DNA of 39,712 nucleotides from Priapulus caudatus (lineage: Eukaryota): the NCBI RefSeq assembly GCF_000485595.1, contig NW_014577069.1:615484-655195 (forward strand). The letters are read 5' to 3'. The position numbers were made by a program, and so were the translations under genes. The notes beneath the pieces are model-generated. The model saw only the letters and a program-made list of their open reading frames with translations, did no database searches and was not told the origin of the DNA. Position 1 is the stretch's first letter; each line of letters begins with the position of its first letter. Of this stretch, positions 25,633 to 37,239 are shown piece by piece.

Positions 25633-26064
25633 CGGAAAACATCAACTTATTTTTCAGTATTTTTTCTGCTTAAAAATCTATATTATTTTTTTAAAAATTG
25701 GAGAAAAAAAATTTCCATGGGCCAGAAAAAAGGGCACTCAACATTTTTACAGGGGGTGCGCACCCCCTGCACCCCTCCCCCTAGATCCGCCCCTGGGTAC
25801 GCTACACACGCAACATGATCGCAACAGGCACGCAACACGATCGCAACATGATCGCAACAGGTACGCAACACATTCGCAACATGTACGCTACCAAAACCTG
25901 GCCAGATACCTTAAATTTGAACCTGCGATCACCTGCGTGCTTGTTGCGTACTTCAAACCTATAAAACCTATTAGTTGCGTGTGAGTTGCGTTATCTAACT
26001 TATGCCCACTATTTTTTATTCGCAACCATACGCAACTGGTGATCGCTATGGTGTGACGGCACCT
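25633..26064 (-). mobile_element. Duplicate of the right end of H1, including the end of the nested CAG element (H3)
   Basis: Aligns to 17053-17678; has a clean terminus CGCTATGGTGTGACGGCACCT followed by TTA; lacks about 170 bp lying between two CTGCGATCA(T/C)CTGCGT direct repeats. Confidence 0.85.
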
Positions 26065-26997
26065 TTAGTTTGTAACTTTCTCTAAACTCTTGGATAAGGT
26101 TGGTTAACAGGATTTTACTGACCATGAGCACATTTTTCATCACAACACAGATGGCTCGTAGAATAAAGACCCCTTTGTCTAGAGCCTCTTTATAGGACGC
26201 TTACGTCGAGAACGGCGCCCTCTATCGACCAACTTTGATACGATCGCTACTGCGATAATTACCAAAAAAGCGCCCTTTCTCTCGTAAAGTCACCGCCTAG
26301 ATTCCCGCAACAGCTATAAAGCCACAAGAATAAAACAAAAAAGTTTGGCCTACGGTCGTGAAAATTTAGTGCGGCTAAATATGAACGTAGCCGCACCAAG
26401 CTACATGGGCGTGACGCAGATCGTGCCTACACACTTCTGATATCAACAATCGCCCCCCTCCCCGCCCCCACCTCCGCGCGTAGACACGGCTTAGAAGCAT
26501 TGTCGCTGTTAAAAATGCATCAGGTATAAACGAAAGTAGTTGTCCGTTAATAGGCTTTTGTAAATACTTATAGATGTTGGAGCCGAAACGTGCCGCCGCT
26601 CTGTTTCTCGAAGCGCATCCCCGCGAGTAATTGCACGTGATTCGATCCCGAAGTGCAGCTATAGAAAAAACAAGTAGCGAAATCAGCGTCAACGACAAAA
26701 CTCGTGGCGCTGTGGCGGCGACGTAGCGCGGCGTCCACTTAGTGAAAGCAGGCAGACATTGCTTAACGTAACTGCACGTCATGCGCATCTGTAACATGAA
26801 GTGATTGAACAGAAATCAGAGGGAATCACACGCAGCAGATGAACACGACAGTGGCATAAGCGTCGACGAGGCGTCGTTCTAATGCCGCTATAATAATTGT
26901 TTAAAGTGATTACGTCACCGTAAATAATACAAATTAAAAAAATATTTCCACTTTTTCACAAAATATAAGTAATTCTGTTCACTTTTTATGGTTAAAT
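26065..26997 (+). repeat. About 0.93-kb near-identical direct duplicate of 19852-20774
   Basis: Continuous match from CTCTAAACTCTTGGATAAGGTTGG to CACTTTTTATGGTTAAAT. Confidence 0.95.
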
Positions 26998-29454
26998 AAA
27001 AAAGAAAGAGAAAGAGAAAGAGAAAAAGAAAGCGAGAGAGAGAAAGAAAGAAAGAAAGAAGGAGCACGCAGGCAAGCGAGGTTTCACGCAGGCAAGCGAG
27101 ACATCTAGTTCTAGTATGGGATAAAATTCGCTCCGGAAGGAAGCGTCTAACATGTGGATCTTAGCACATATGCTCAAATCTGAATGCTTATTATTGCCAT
27201 AGCGCATAGCGGAAAGTCCACAGGGAGATCCAGAGAGCATTAGCCGAATATGTTTATTTACACAGACAAACGGAATAATAATTAGAATCAGTCGCAAAAT
27301 AGTACTGTAAGTGTCAAGAGTGTATATGTCATAGCCACGGGTTGATGCGTGGAGCTTCAGCGTCTTGTAAATGTTTACAAATGACGTTTGGACGCGCGCG
27401 CGGCGAGATGTATATAGTCATAATCAGAATCCATCAGCGCCGCTGGCGGTAGACCACCGGGGAATGTACATCCTTCGGGGCGTGCTCTGCGCAGTCAATG
27501 ACTAGCTGGGGGAATATTATAGACACTATGATGCCATTTGTCCGCCTCCGTCCGCATGCTATACTAACATCTTGTGTTGTGAGTCAATATTGGAATGCGA
27601 AATCAACAGGAAATCGTTGCCATAGCAATCACTGGCGACGCAATCAGGCTGCTAAGGAAGAAGAAGCGCGATGGCTAATCCGAGAACGACTGTTTTTGAC
27701 CTACGTGATCCTGGCATGTACATACGATATTAATAAGCTTCATTTTGTGAATTAATACGCGAAATGTACGTCCGAAATAGTGCTTGAGGCGATGGATAGC
27801 CGAGACGTGCGAGGAAGGTAGCGCTTCGGTGAAACCAAGGCAGATAAGAAACAGGAGCTAACAGCTTTTTATAATGATCGCGCCAACAGCGTGGGGGGAA
27901 AAGTCAAGCCAAGACGACTGTATAAATAGGATGGTTCCCACACGAGAACGCATACGCAATGTCGCGTGACAAACCATGCACGAAATGTCATGATTTAATT
28001 TGCGATAGTTTTTGCCGATCGTGACGAAGGCAGGGGATAGCTTAAAAAACTGGTTTTACTTATTCCCAATTCCCAAAAGGTTCATTGGACTTTTTTGATA
28101 AGCTTTCCGATCGCAGTGATTGTATACGACTGGGCCATGCGCCTTCACTGCATAGCGGCACTACTGTGGGAGGTAGATAGGAGAAACACAAAAAGACGGA
28201 TTATGTCTAAAAAAAAACTGGAAACGAAACGAGTTGATTTACTGGGGGGTGGGTGCATGGAAAGACTTGCACGCACATTTAAATTATTTAAACCCTAAAA
28301 TGAATAGTAATCTGTATCAGAAATTTATTAAATTGATGCCAAAGATCACAAGCGTATATAGGCCTATACACACGATAACGTCACTCATAATTGCGCAATA
28401 TGACCTTTATTTCCTACTGGAAAAATTGTATTAACGCAAGAACGTCCTCGTTCAACGCATATTAGTTGTAATGAACTGTAGATAATGTTACCCATTACAC
28501 AGAAAACATACGCCATTCTTGCAGGGGGCATGTTCATTTGCCGCAGAACATACTATCGGCCATCAAATTGATACAAAGCTACCGTCTGCGTAATGGTGGG
28601 TGGGGGGGGGGGCCTCTTACACCAGATCGACCGAGATTTGCGAACGCAAATTAATATAACGGGGGCCCTACTAGTCGCCGACCAAAGATGATTAACGGGC
28701 GAGATGGGGGACATCGTAGCTGCACTACATGGTGACACTAGCGCCCAACTTTCCTCTTCACGATCGACCCGCGGGTGTACTTCAACGAGACATGTTTTCC
28801 TTGTGCACCCGGAAGAGCCATTGTATAACCTCTGTCACACAGAGATTGCCATCAGTGTCAGCGCACGCATGACGACACTAGCAACCGCGAGCCGTAAACG
28901 CGCGCGTGTAACGTATTTAGAGAGAGAGAGCGGCGTTGCTAGACGTGTAAAAAATCCAACCCCGTCGCATCGCTTCATCCATCATCGCGTCGCGACGCGT
29001 GCGCATATCCCGCGGAACTGCGCGTCTCATCCGCGCGCAGCGCTTAGGATCAACATCAAAGCTGTGCCACGCAATTTTATATCATGTCTCTCTGGATTGC
29101 GTTAGGTGGGAATAGGTGCGTGTGGGCTTCGGACGCGACTAACCAAATAAATCGATTGTCTAGCAAAATTCCGGATCGCCGCTCCGCCGATTCTTTTGTT
29201 GCTACCCATAGAAAAGCAGTGAAATAAGCGCACGCTGTACGAGTGTAGACGCTGACAGATGTTGACGTTAGTCGATATTCATATATGTCTCGTAAAATAC
29301 TTTACCGCTTGACAAACTCTATCGGTGACGGGGGTCTGTAGGCGGCGAACATACGTCAACGTGCATAACTATTTTCGTTTGCTTGAATGCGACGAATATT
29401 CGACTTGACGCCGCCATTACTAATGTTTTTTCTCTTCCTTATAGGTGAAAATTC

Positions 29455-29642
29455 GGCTAACGCTTCATTAGGAGTGTTTCCAACTTTGATATCATTAATG
29501 ATTAATGATTGACAATCCTAACCCTAACCCTTACCCTAACCTATATGACATTAAACCACAAACTAATATATGACCATGACCATATGGTTATTATGACCAT
29601 TAATGACATTAAAGTTGGGAACACTCCAAATGGAGTATCACC
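29455..29642. mobile_element. Small MITE with internal (CCCTAA)n (copy 2)
   Basis: Same termini (GGCTAACGCT...GGAGTATCACC) and internal core as 5161-5431 but different flanks; imperfect 9-bp flanking repeat TGAAAATTC/TGTGAATTC. Confidence 0.8.
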
Positions 29643-29989
29643 TGTGAATTCCGTGGTTTCGTATGTGCGAGAATATGCCGACTTTTCCAGCCAATAATTA
29701 AACCGCATTGCGTAAAACAGAAAAAAGAGCAATGTTTATCAATATATAATAGAGTAAATGTTATAAGCTATATCGGCACCAAGCTATGCAATGAAACTCC
29801 ACCTAGAATCAGATCTACGTTGACGCGTTATCCAGAAAAAGTAGTTAATGCTGCGTAAGACGAGCCCGTGTAGATACACTACAAGAGTTCGTAGAACTAA
29901 TTATAAATGTTTCGGCTGGATATACCGCAGTATACGATATTGATTTTCTAGGGACGCCATCGGTTCTTGCGCGGTGAATTGCATGCGCC

Positions 29990-30061
29990 GGCTCAGTGGT
30001 CTAGAGGTATGATTCTCGCTTCGGGTGCGAGAGGTCCCGGGTTCAATTCCCGGCTGAGCCC
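29990..30061 (+). tRNA. tRNA-Pro, anticodon CGG
   Basis: 72-nt GGCTCAGTGGTCTAGAGGTATGATTCTCGCTTCGGGTGCGAGAGGTCCCGGGTTCAATTCCCGGCTGAGCCC. Acceptor stem GGCTCAG/CTGAGCC; anticodon arm CTCGC-TTCGGGT-GCGAG; T arm CCGGG-TTCAATT-CCCGG; A and B boxes intact; closely resembles the canonical animal tRNA-Pro. Confidence 0.97.
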
Positions 30062-30063
30062 CA

Positions 30064-30068
30064 TTTTT
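30064..30068 (+). terminator. RNA polymerase III terminator (T5) of the tRNA-Pro gene
   Basis: TTTTT begins 3 nt after the discriminator base at 30061. Confidence 0.8.
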
Positions 30069-30768
30069 GTTCAGTTGATGTTGACTTGTGCAGTGCACTT
30101 GACAAGCATCAAAAATAACAAATGTTAACGGACACCATTTAACACACGCTTTTACCGAAAAGTTACCGAAAGGTAAATAAAAATGAAAGAGAGAGGGAGA
30201 GATAAGGTTCAGAACCGATGGTGTTTGCATTGAAAACATCATCGCCATCGTCTCTGTGCGAGAATTCTTCCCCCAGCTATATTCTTGGGAATAAATTAGG
30301 AAGGAATAAGAATTAATTAGGAAATAAGCATAATTATGCTCATAGAATAGAACCTGCCTAATCCTATCGTAAGAGTGCTCGATGATATTGTGAATGTTTT
30401 CTTTCATTCGACAAACAAATTTTACATGGCGCCGCGACTGTAGCCGTCGCGTACACACACACAAAAGACGTTTGTCACTAATTAAAGCCGTGACCGGAGT
30501 CTTGAATTATGGATGGCGCGCAGTATAGTGCCCGCTGTGGTCCAGATTTCTTGAGTGATTGAGCGCTCGAGTTCGGACAGTCAGAGATGCGCGAGAGACG
30601 TAATTATTATATTATAATATATAACCCGTAATGATTAGCGAAGTAAGACGCGGAGATGTGGATCAAATGACGAAGGCAGAACAATGAGTGTTTGTGTTGG
30701 CTTGAAGAGGATTGAAATACTCGGAGAACGCCCGATATGATGGGTTCGCAATAATGTATTTATAGCGC

Positions 30769-31035
30769 AACACACACACACACATGCGCGCACACGCACA
30801 CGCGCGCACACACACACGCGCACACGCACACACACACGCACACGCACACACACACGCACACGCACACGCACACGCACACGCACACGCACACGCACACGCA
30901 CACGCAACGCAACATCGCACACGCACAGGCAACGCACACTCACACGCACACTCACACGCACTTCACACGATCGCACACCACGCACGCGCCGCACGCAGCC
31001 CCCCCCACACACTGACGCACCACGCAGCGCACACA

Positions 31036-31088
<53 letters not shown>

Positions 31089-31097
31089 ACACAAACA
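30769..31097. repeat. (CA)n and (CACACG)n microsatellite
   Basis: Seen directly in the sequence. Confidence 0.95.
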
Positions 31098-31436
31098 AAT
31101 TGGCAAAACGCTTGCACCCTTATTTGTATAGCAACAATAAAAAAACATTCGTACACGCAGCATACAATCTAACAAGATTTTCAGCGATTGACCGATATTT
31201 TGCGTCAGTTTGATATTTACGTTATAGTGATAAACAAAACAGGTTTTTAAGGAACGTTGGAAAATTAGAACGGCTCAATTTGCCATCGTTATCATTATCT
31301 TTTTAGACTGGATAAATAAACGCGTAAGGGAGAAATAACGTAATTGAACTAAATTTCACAATGTACTGTACCGTTCACATATACACCCATCGAGAAATAT
31401 GTAGGCCGATGCATTAGTATTATTATTATTATTAAT

Positions 31437-31475
<39 letters not shown>

Positions 31476-31518
31476 GTTATCATCATCATCATCATCATTA
31501 TCATCATCATCATCATCA
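31437..31518. repeat. (CAT)n microsatellite
   Basis: Seen directly in the sequence. Confidence 0.95.
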
Positions 31519-32689
31519 TACAATATTATTCAGTATATGTAGGCATGAAACAGGTATGAACGGTAAATATTACGCCTTGCTCCTTATATAGTATGAATCG
31601 TAAATCTCACGACTTATGCCCTTACTTACCCAGCCTACACTCACACTCCCCGGCTGTTAATACGCAGAAAGCACTTGCCCCATCGCCACCCCGAGAGTAG
31701 TCTATCTAGATTAGGTCAATATATATATATATGCAACCCTATAGATAGGTTTGGGGTCAAAGCGAACACCGTCGCAAAGTCGCCCTTGTTTGGTATATAT
31801 GTATACGGCAAGGGCGGCGGTGTGTGGGTATGTGGGGGAGGAGGATGATGATTTTAGTCCCGATGCGTAAAACGAGACCCACGGCAAGCTGTCGAGCTGC
31901 GATAAGTGGCTAGTCTACAACGCAGAATCCGCATTGGCAATCGAGACACTTGCACAGCTCGCCAGGCCCCAGCCGTCTTTCTTTCTTTCTGTCGCTTTCT
32001 TCGAAATCGCGCTTCAATTTATCTTACGTTCGAAGCGAACGATGACGTTCCGTCGCAGTTTCGCATATAGCCGTGCTATGTATAGATTTTCGATAGGCTC
32101 GATGCTTATCCTCTAAATCTAAATAAGGTGGCTGCGTTTGTTTAAATAGCAACAAAGGATCTAAGCGCGGGGTCGATAAAGGATATGCCCCACTCGGGGG
32201 AAGATCTGATTCGGTTCCAATCGCTGTGGTCCCGGTCGAGACGCAGCAGAACATTATTATGGCGGCGGTGGTAATAACCAGTTTGTACCAGAATCAGAGA
32301 CGACGCATGTAGAGTAATCTCTTTAATCCGTCGTTGCTCGCAATCATTGCATGCCGAGCGTGGAGACTCAGCAATACCAGCGCGAGCGAAGTGTCCACTC
32401 AGCGCGGCTGCGGCATCGACCCTCGCCGCCTAACCTCTCGCTAAGTCGCGAGCGTGCGTCGCTATGTGCCGATTACTGCCGAGATTCACGCGGACTTCCA
32501 CGACTGTCGCGAAGTTCGAACGCGAAAATTGTTCGTGACTTTCCCGAATGGAATATAATAGCCCCTCGATGTGGCCACAAGGTAAAACCGTGACTGTGTC
32601 CTTGAGGAGGTGAAGGTCGACCGAATCGACTAATGCGATCGGCGAGGGCGTAGGCGAACAGTGGTCTCGCGTCCTCGTCTCTTGTCTTT

Positions 32690-32825
32690 TTAATTATCGT
32701 ATTAATTATCGTATATCGTATATCGTACTAATTATCGTATTAATTATCGTATTAATTATTAGTTATCGTATTAATTATTAGTTATCGTATTAATTATCGT
32801 ATTAATCGTATTTAATTATTCGTAT
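32690..32825. repeat. Minisatellite of TTAATTATCGTA-like units
   Basis: Repeated 12-bp units and variants (TTAATTATCGTA, TTAATTATTAGTTATCGTA). Confidence 0.9.
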
Positions 32826-33228
32826 TTTTGCTTAATTATAATTTGAAGTTAATTAATTAGCGTTCGAGTTCGAAACGTGTTGATTGGTATTCGGGTGGCG
32901 CTAGCAAATTGCGCACGCAATGACGCGAGCCATCACTCACGATGTCAAGGTAATTTGTGTTTGTGCTGTTAATTTTCCTACACATTACACTATATATGCT
33001 TTTAAGCATAAACATACGGCATAATGTATAACCTTTTTACCTTACAAACACATATAAATAATCAATGATTATTGAGTCTTCACTATTACTATATTTTAGA
33101 CTTCACTATTACTTTCAGTTAGACTGCGCATATATTGGCATTAAATATTTCACACGTTTAACAAGCTCTTACACCCAAGCTGTCCGGCAAGGAAACGCAT
33201 TACGAAGATGTGAGATGTGTGTGCGCGC

Positions 33229-33259
<31 letters not shown>

Positions 33260-34267
33260 GGGGGGAGGGTGTACGTGCCTGCGCTCGAGCGTGTGCGCGT
33301 GCCTGCATGTATGTTTGTATAGTCATCATGCTTAGTCTGGTAACAAAATGTGTACGCGGCACTTAACATGCGGTACATCGACATTGCGTGCTAAATTTCC
33401 CGCTGTCTCGCTGGCATAGCTGCGAGAGGATGAATGCAGACAAACATCGTGGAGACGCCGATCGCGTTTGTTTTGTTTATATTTGAGTCCGGTTGCGACT
33501 TAACACGTGCCTGGGCTCTGTCGCCAGAAGCAGTGCACAGATTTCAAACAACTGGCTTCAGGCGGCGCTCCTTGCACAGGAACATCGGCACGTGTCGCCG
33601 CCCCGGCCGAATGTTTATCCACTATATAAGCCGACGGCGTTGCGATTGAGCGGCGCGGGAAGCTAGCAGTTCAGCGAGCATTTCTCAGTTTACGGTCGCA
33701 ACAATCCGTGTTTATCGTTTAAGTTAAACGACGCGATGGATGACGAAGCATCGAAGCCGGCTCACCCCCCCCCCCCGCCGCCGCCAGTGCTATATACGTG
33801 CCAGAAAAATGGCGTTTAGTCACTGTGGTGTGCGAGCGTCAGTGGTTTAGTCGAGGAAATTTAAATCGCTTCAATCTCAAGCCGACGAATGTTGGCGCGG
33901 AAGGGGTTCGTGAAATGAATCCGCGTTGAAAGGTCACATAGACGCTTTCATGTATGATCTCATATCGTTGTTAAAGCAACGCTGGCTGACTGAAAGATGG
34001 GCGCCGACGTTAACATGTGAAATTTTTCTGCTCAGAAACTATAGGAGCAAAAGGGTTGTATCGGCTGGGCCCGTTTCGCTATGACGAATAGCTGGAATGC
34101 AGCAGCCCGTTCGTCACAATTAATATACACTTTAAAGTTTTTCATCGAGCCGCCTGATGATTAATGTCCTCATTTGGGCGAGCTATCCAAGCGCACATCC
34201 CCAACACGCTGTCGTGCTTTCATTTACAATCTATACTGATATACGCACGCCCGCATGCAAGCACGAA

Positions 34268-34316
<49 letters not shown>

Positions 34317-35062
34317 CTGGATCTTCAATGAATACTTTCCATTGCAGCGTTTTTAGAAATTCCTGCAAACTGACTCGTGTCGTGTCACTTCCGTTAACGC
34401 ATGAAAAGCTAACAATCCCTTTCGAGTGTTGTTGTTTATTTCAATGTCATGGAACTCTTATCATCAAGGAGATTTTGAAGTTCCTGCCTAAATTTATCCA
34501 AACTCCTGCGACAACTTTTGCCGAAAACACTGCTAGCATCATTAACACATCGGTATCCCTGCAAACAACAATCGTTCGCTTATATCCGTGGTCTGCAGCA
34601 TCGCCACGCATGAGTGTTGACACATCACGTTCTCCGAGCGTACATATCGTTTTCGTTATTTCCGTAAACCCTCCACACACAATTATCTCTTTACCGCCCA
34701 AGTTCACTAGAGATGATAAATTCCTCTGACAGAGAAACGAGCAAAGATCGACTTGGTTTTCAGCGAGAAGTGATAAATGTCTTCCAGTTCTTGAGGGAGT
34801 TTTGTTGTCTTTACCTGTAATCAACAGCCTAATTTGTTTTGTCCGCTGATCGTCGTCCTTTCTCGTGCTACCTTCTTTATAGAATTCTCCTTGTATCGAT
34901 CAAATAAATATCTATCCTGTCTGAATTTCTACCGTGTGCGTTCACACAGTTCACAAACACATCTGCTAAGTCACCAAACGTAACTGCTGTTGTCGGTTTC
35001 CCAATGGATTGCTACCACTGCCATACCATCAAATAATGTACATGCTTTTTAACGATGTCACT
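34317..35062 (-). pseudogene. Degenerate XPG/PIN-like nuclease domain of the kind found in Academ (AcademX) transposons
   Basis: Ordered minus-strand motifs across frameshifts: LFDGMAVV, IGKPTTAVTFGDLADVF, RIDI / FDRYKENSIK, NWKTFITL / NQVDLCSFL, ADHGYKRTIVVCRDTDVL, AFHALT / SDTT / QFAGISK / WKVF. The expected HEEADTR motif appears deleted. Confidence 0.75.
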
Positions 35063-35065
35063 GAT

Positions 35066-35095
35066 AGAGAGAAACCAGAGAGGGAGTGTGTATGT

Positions 35096-35145
<50 letters not shown>

Positions 35146-35253
35146 GTGCTGCTGTGTTGTGTGTGTGTGTGTGGTGTGTCTGTGTGTGTGTGTGTGTCGT
35201 GGTGCTGTGAGAGGAGAGAGAGAGAGGTTGCGTGTTTGTGTTGTGTGTGTGAC

Positions 35254-35292
<39 letters not shown>

Positions 35293-35455
35293 GAGAGGTG
35301 TGCATGTGTGTGTGGGCTGTGTGTGTGTGTGTGTGTGTGTTGTGTGTTGTGTGTGTGAGAGAGAGGAAGAGAGGTGTGCGTGTTTGTGTTGTGTGTGCGA
35401 CAGAGAGAAGAGGTTGAGGTGTCGTGTTTTGTGGTGTGTATGTGTCAGAGAAAGC

Positions 35456-35486
<31 letters not shown>

Positions 35487-36004
35487 GAAAGAAAAGAGAG
35501 AGAGAGATGAAGAGAGAGAGAAGAGAGAGGAGGGTAGTGTGCTGCCTGTGTGTGGGGTGTGTGTGTGTGTGTGTGTGTGTCGTTGTGTGTGTGTGTTGTG
35601 AGAGAGAGGAAGAGAGAGAGAGAGAGAGAGAGAGAGGTGTGTGTGTTTGTTTGTGTGTGTGACAGAGAGAGAGAGAGAGAGAGAGATGTGCTGTGTTTGT
35701 TGTTTGTGTGTGTGACAGAGAGAGAGAGAGAAAGAGTGTGAGAGAGAGAATCACAAGAGGGAGTGTGTATGTGTCAGAGAGAGAGAGGTGTGCGCGCGCG
35801 GCGCGCGCTGTGTGGTGTTGTGTGAGAGAGAGAGAGAACACTGAGAGGGAGTGTGTATAAGTCTGAGGAGAGAGAGAGAGTGTGCGTCGCGCGCGCGCTG
35901 TGAGTGTGTGTGTATGAGAGAGAGCAGGAGAAGAGAGAGAGAGAGAGGAGGAGGGAGAGAGAGAGAGAGCGACGAGAACCAGAGAGGTGTTGCGCGCGCG
36001 TATG

Positions 36005-36035
<31 letters not shown>

Positions 36036-36272
36036 GTGTGCGCGTGTGTATGTGTGTGTGTGTGGAGAGAGAGAGAGAGATGTGTGCTGTGATTTGTGTT
36101 GTGTGGTGTGTGTGTTTGCGCGCGCGCGGTGTTGTGTGTGTGCGTGTGTGTGTGGCTGTGTGTGTGTGTGTGTGTCGTGTGTGAGAGAGAGAGAGAGAGT
36201 AGAGAGAGAGAGAGAGAGGTGTGCGTGTTTATGTTGTGTGTGTGACAGAGAGAGAGAGAGAGAGAGAACCAG
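35066..36272. repeat. Higher-order repeat of alternating (GA)n and (GT)n blocks, error-rich
   Basis: Recurrent unit ...GAGAGGTGTGCGTGTTTGTGTTGTGTGTGTGACAGAGAGAG...; the motif GAAACCAGAGAGGGAGTGTGTATGTGTCAG recurs in variant forms. Confidence 0.9.
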
Positions 36273-36285
36273 AGGGATCAGGCAT

Positions 36286-37173
36286 GCTCAGCGAAAAGCC
36301 GTTGGACCAACGTTGGCAATCTGACGTTGGGCCAACGCTTTCAATATGGCTTGGGCCAACGTTGGCAAGCTGAGCAAAAAGCCCTTGGGCCAACGTTGGC
36401 TTGTCTGACGTTGGGCCAACGTTGTCAATATGACGTTGGCCAACGTTGGCACGCTGAGCAAAAAGCCGTTGGGCCAACGTTGGCACGCTGAGCAAAAAGA
36501 CGTTGGATCAACGTTGGCTGACTGCCGTTGGGCCAACGTTGGGCCAACGCTCGAGCCCACCGTCTGCCGGGCCAATGTGGCCTGCCAACGTTGGGCCAAC
36601 GTTGGCACGCTGAGCCAATCAAGACGTTGGATTAACGTTGGCTCTGTCTGACGTTGCGGCCCNNNNNNNNNNNNNNNNNNNNNNNNNAAGAATGCAGGAC
36701 ACAGAACACACGCACAAACCGCCACGCAAATACACAGGTATGTACGTCTGAACCATCTCAAAACTCCTTTCCTTGAACAGATAAAAATATAGTTGGACAT
36801 ACGCAGAGCCGTGGTATATATCGGAAAATGCACATCAGTATGTACATTATTTTCTACATGGAAGCGCCAATTTTTCATATCAAATATTTATAATGTACAT
36901 GAACAAAAGGTGGATATTCGAACACATGACCAAGACGGAACCAAATCTAGATAACGTTGGCTGTCTGACGTTGGGCCAACGTCGGCCCACCGTTGGGCCC
37001 AACTATGGCACGCTGAGCAAAAAGACGTTGGATCAACGTTGGCTGTCTGACGTTGGGCCAACGTTGGCAATATGACGTTGGGCCAACGTTGGGCCCAACG
37101 TTGGCCCAACGTTAGCATGAGCTGAAGACAGCCGTTGGCCCAACGTTGGCCCAACGTCAGCATGTTATCTGGG
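36286..37173. mobile_element. Non-autonomous CACTA/EnSpm-like element with CCAACGTTGG motif arrays (right end present)
   Basis: Many palindromic CCAACGTTGG motifs; ends TGTTATCTGGG (CCCAGATAACA on the minus strand, like animal EnSpm termini). Interrupted by an N-gap and a foreign segment of about 265 bp; the left TIR is not seen. Confidence 0.55.
36690..36953 (+). repeat. Indel-rich copy of 12500-12746
   Basis: Matches ATGCAGACACAGACAC...GACCAAGACGGAACAAATTAGATA with many single-base insertions; lies directly after the N-gap. Confidence 0.9.
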
Positions 37174-37239
37174 ATATTACCGTAAATGTTCCGCTAAAGT
37201 CCTGTTGCTACAAGGTCCACACTCAGGAGGAGACCTATG

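Noticed and set aside
29425..29450. Polypyrimidine tract plus AG (splice-acceptor-like)
   Set aside because: No convincing exon or donor site follows, even after removing the MITE; it cannot be supported without RNA data.
30061..30063. Apparent genomically encoded CCA after the tRNA
   Set aside because: The first C is the discriminator base, so only CA follows; this is not a full encoded CCA end.
29901..30464. 187-aa minus-strand ORF
   Set aside because: It overlaps the antisense of the tRNA (AQPGIEPGTSRT is a typical tRNA shadow) and has no recognisable domain.
34157..34729. 190-aa plus-strand ORF
   Set aside because: It is the antisense shadow of the Academ-like fragment plus a (GCAC)n repeat.
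36286..37173. Palindromic repeat array as a CRISPR
   Set aside because: The intervening sequences are themselves repetitive and irregular in length.
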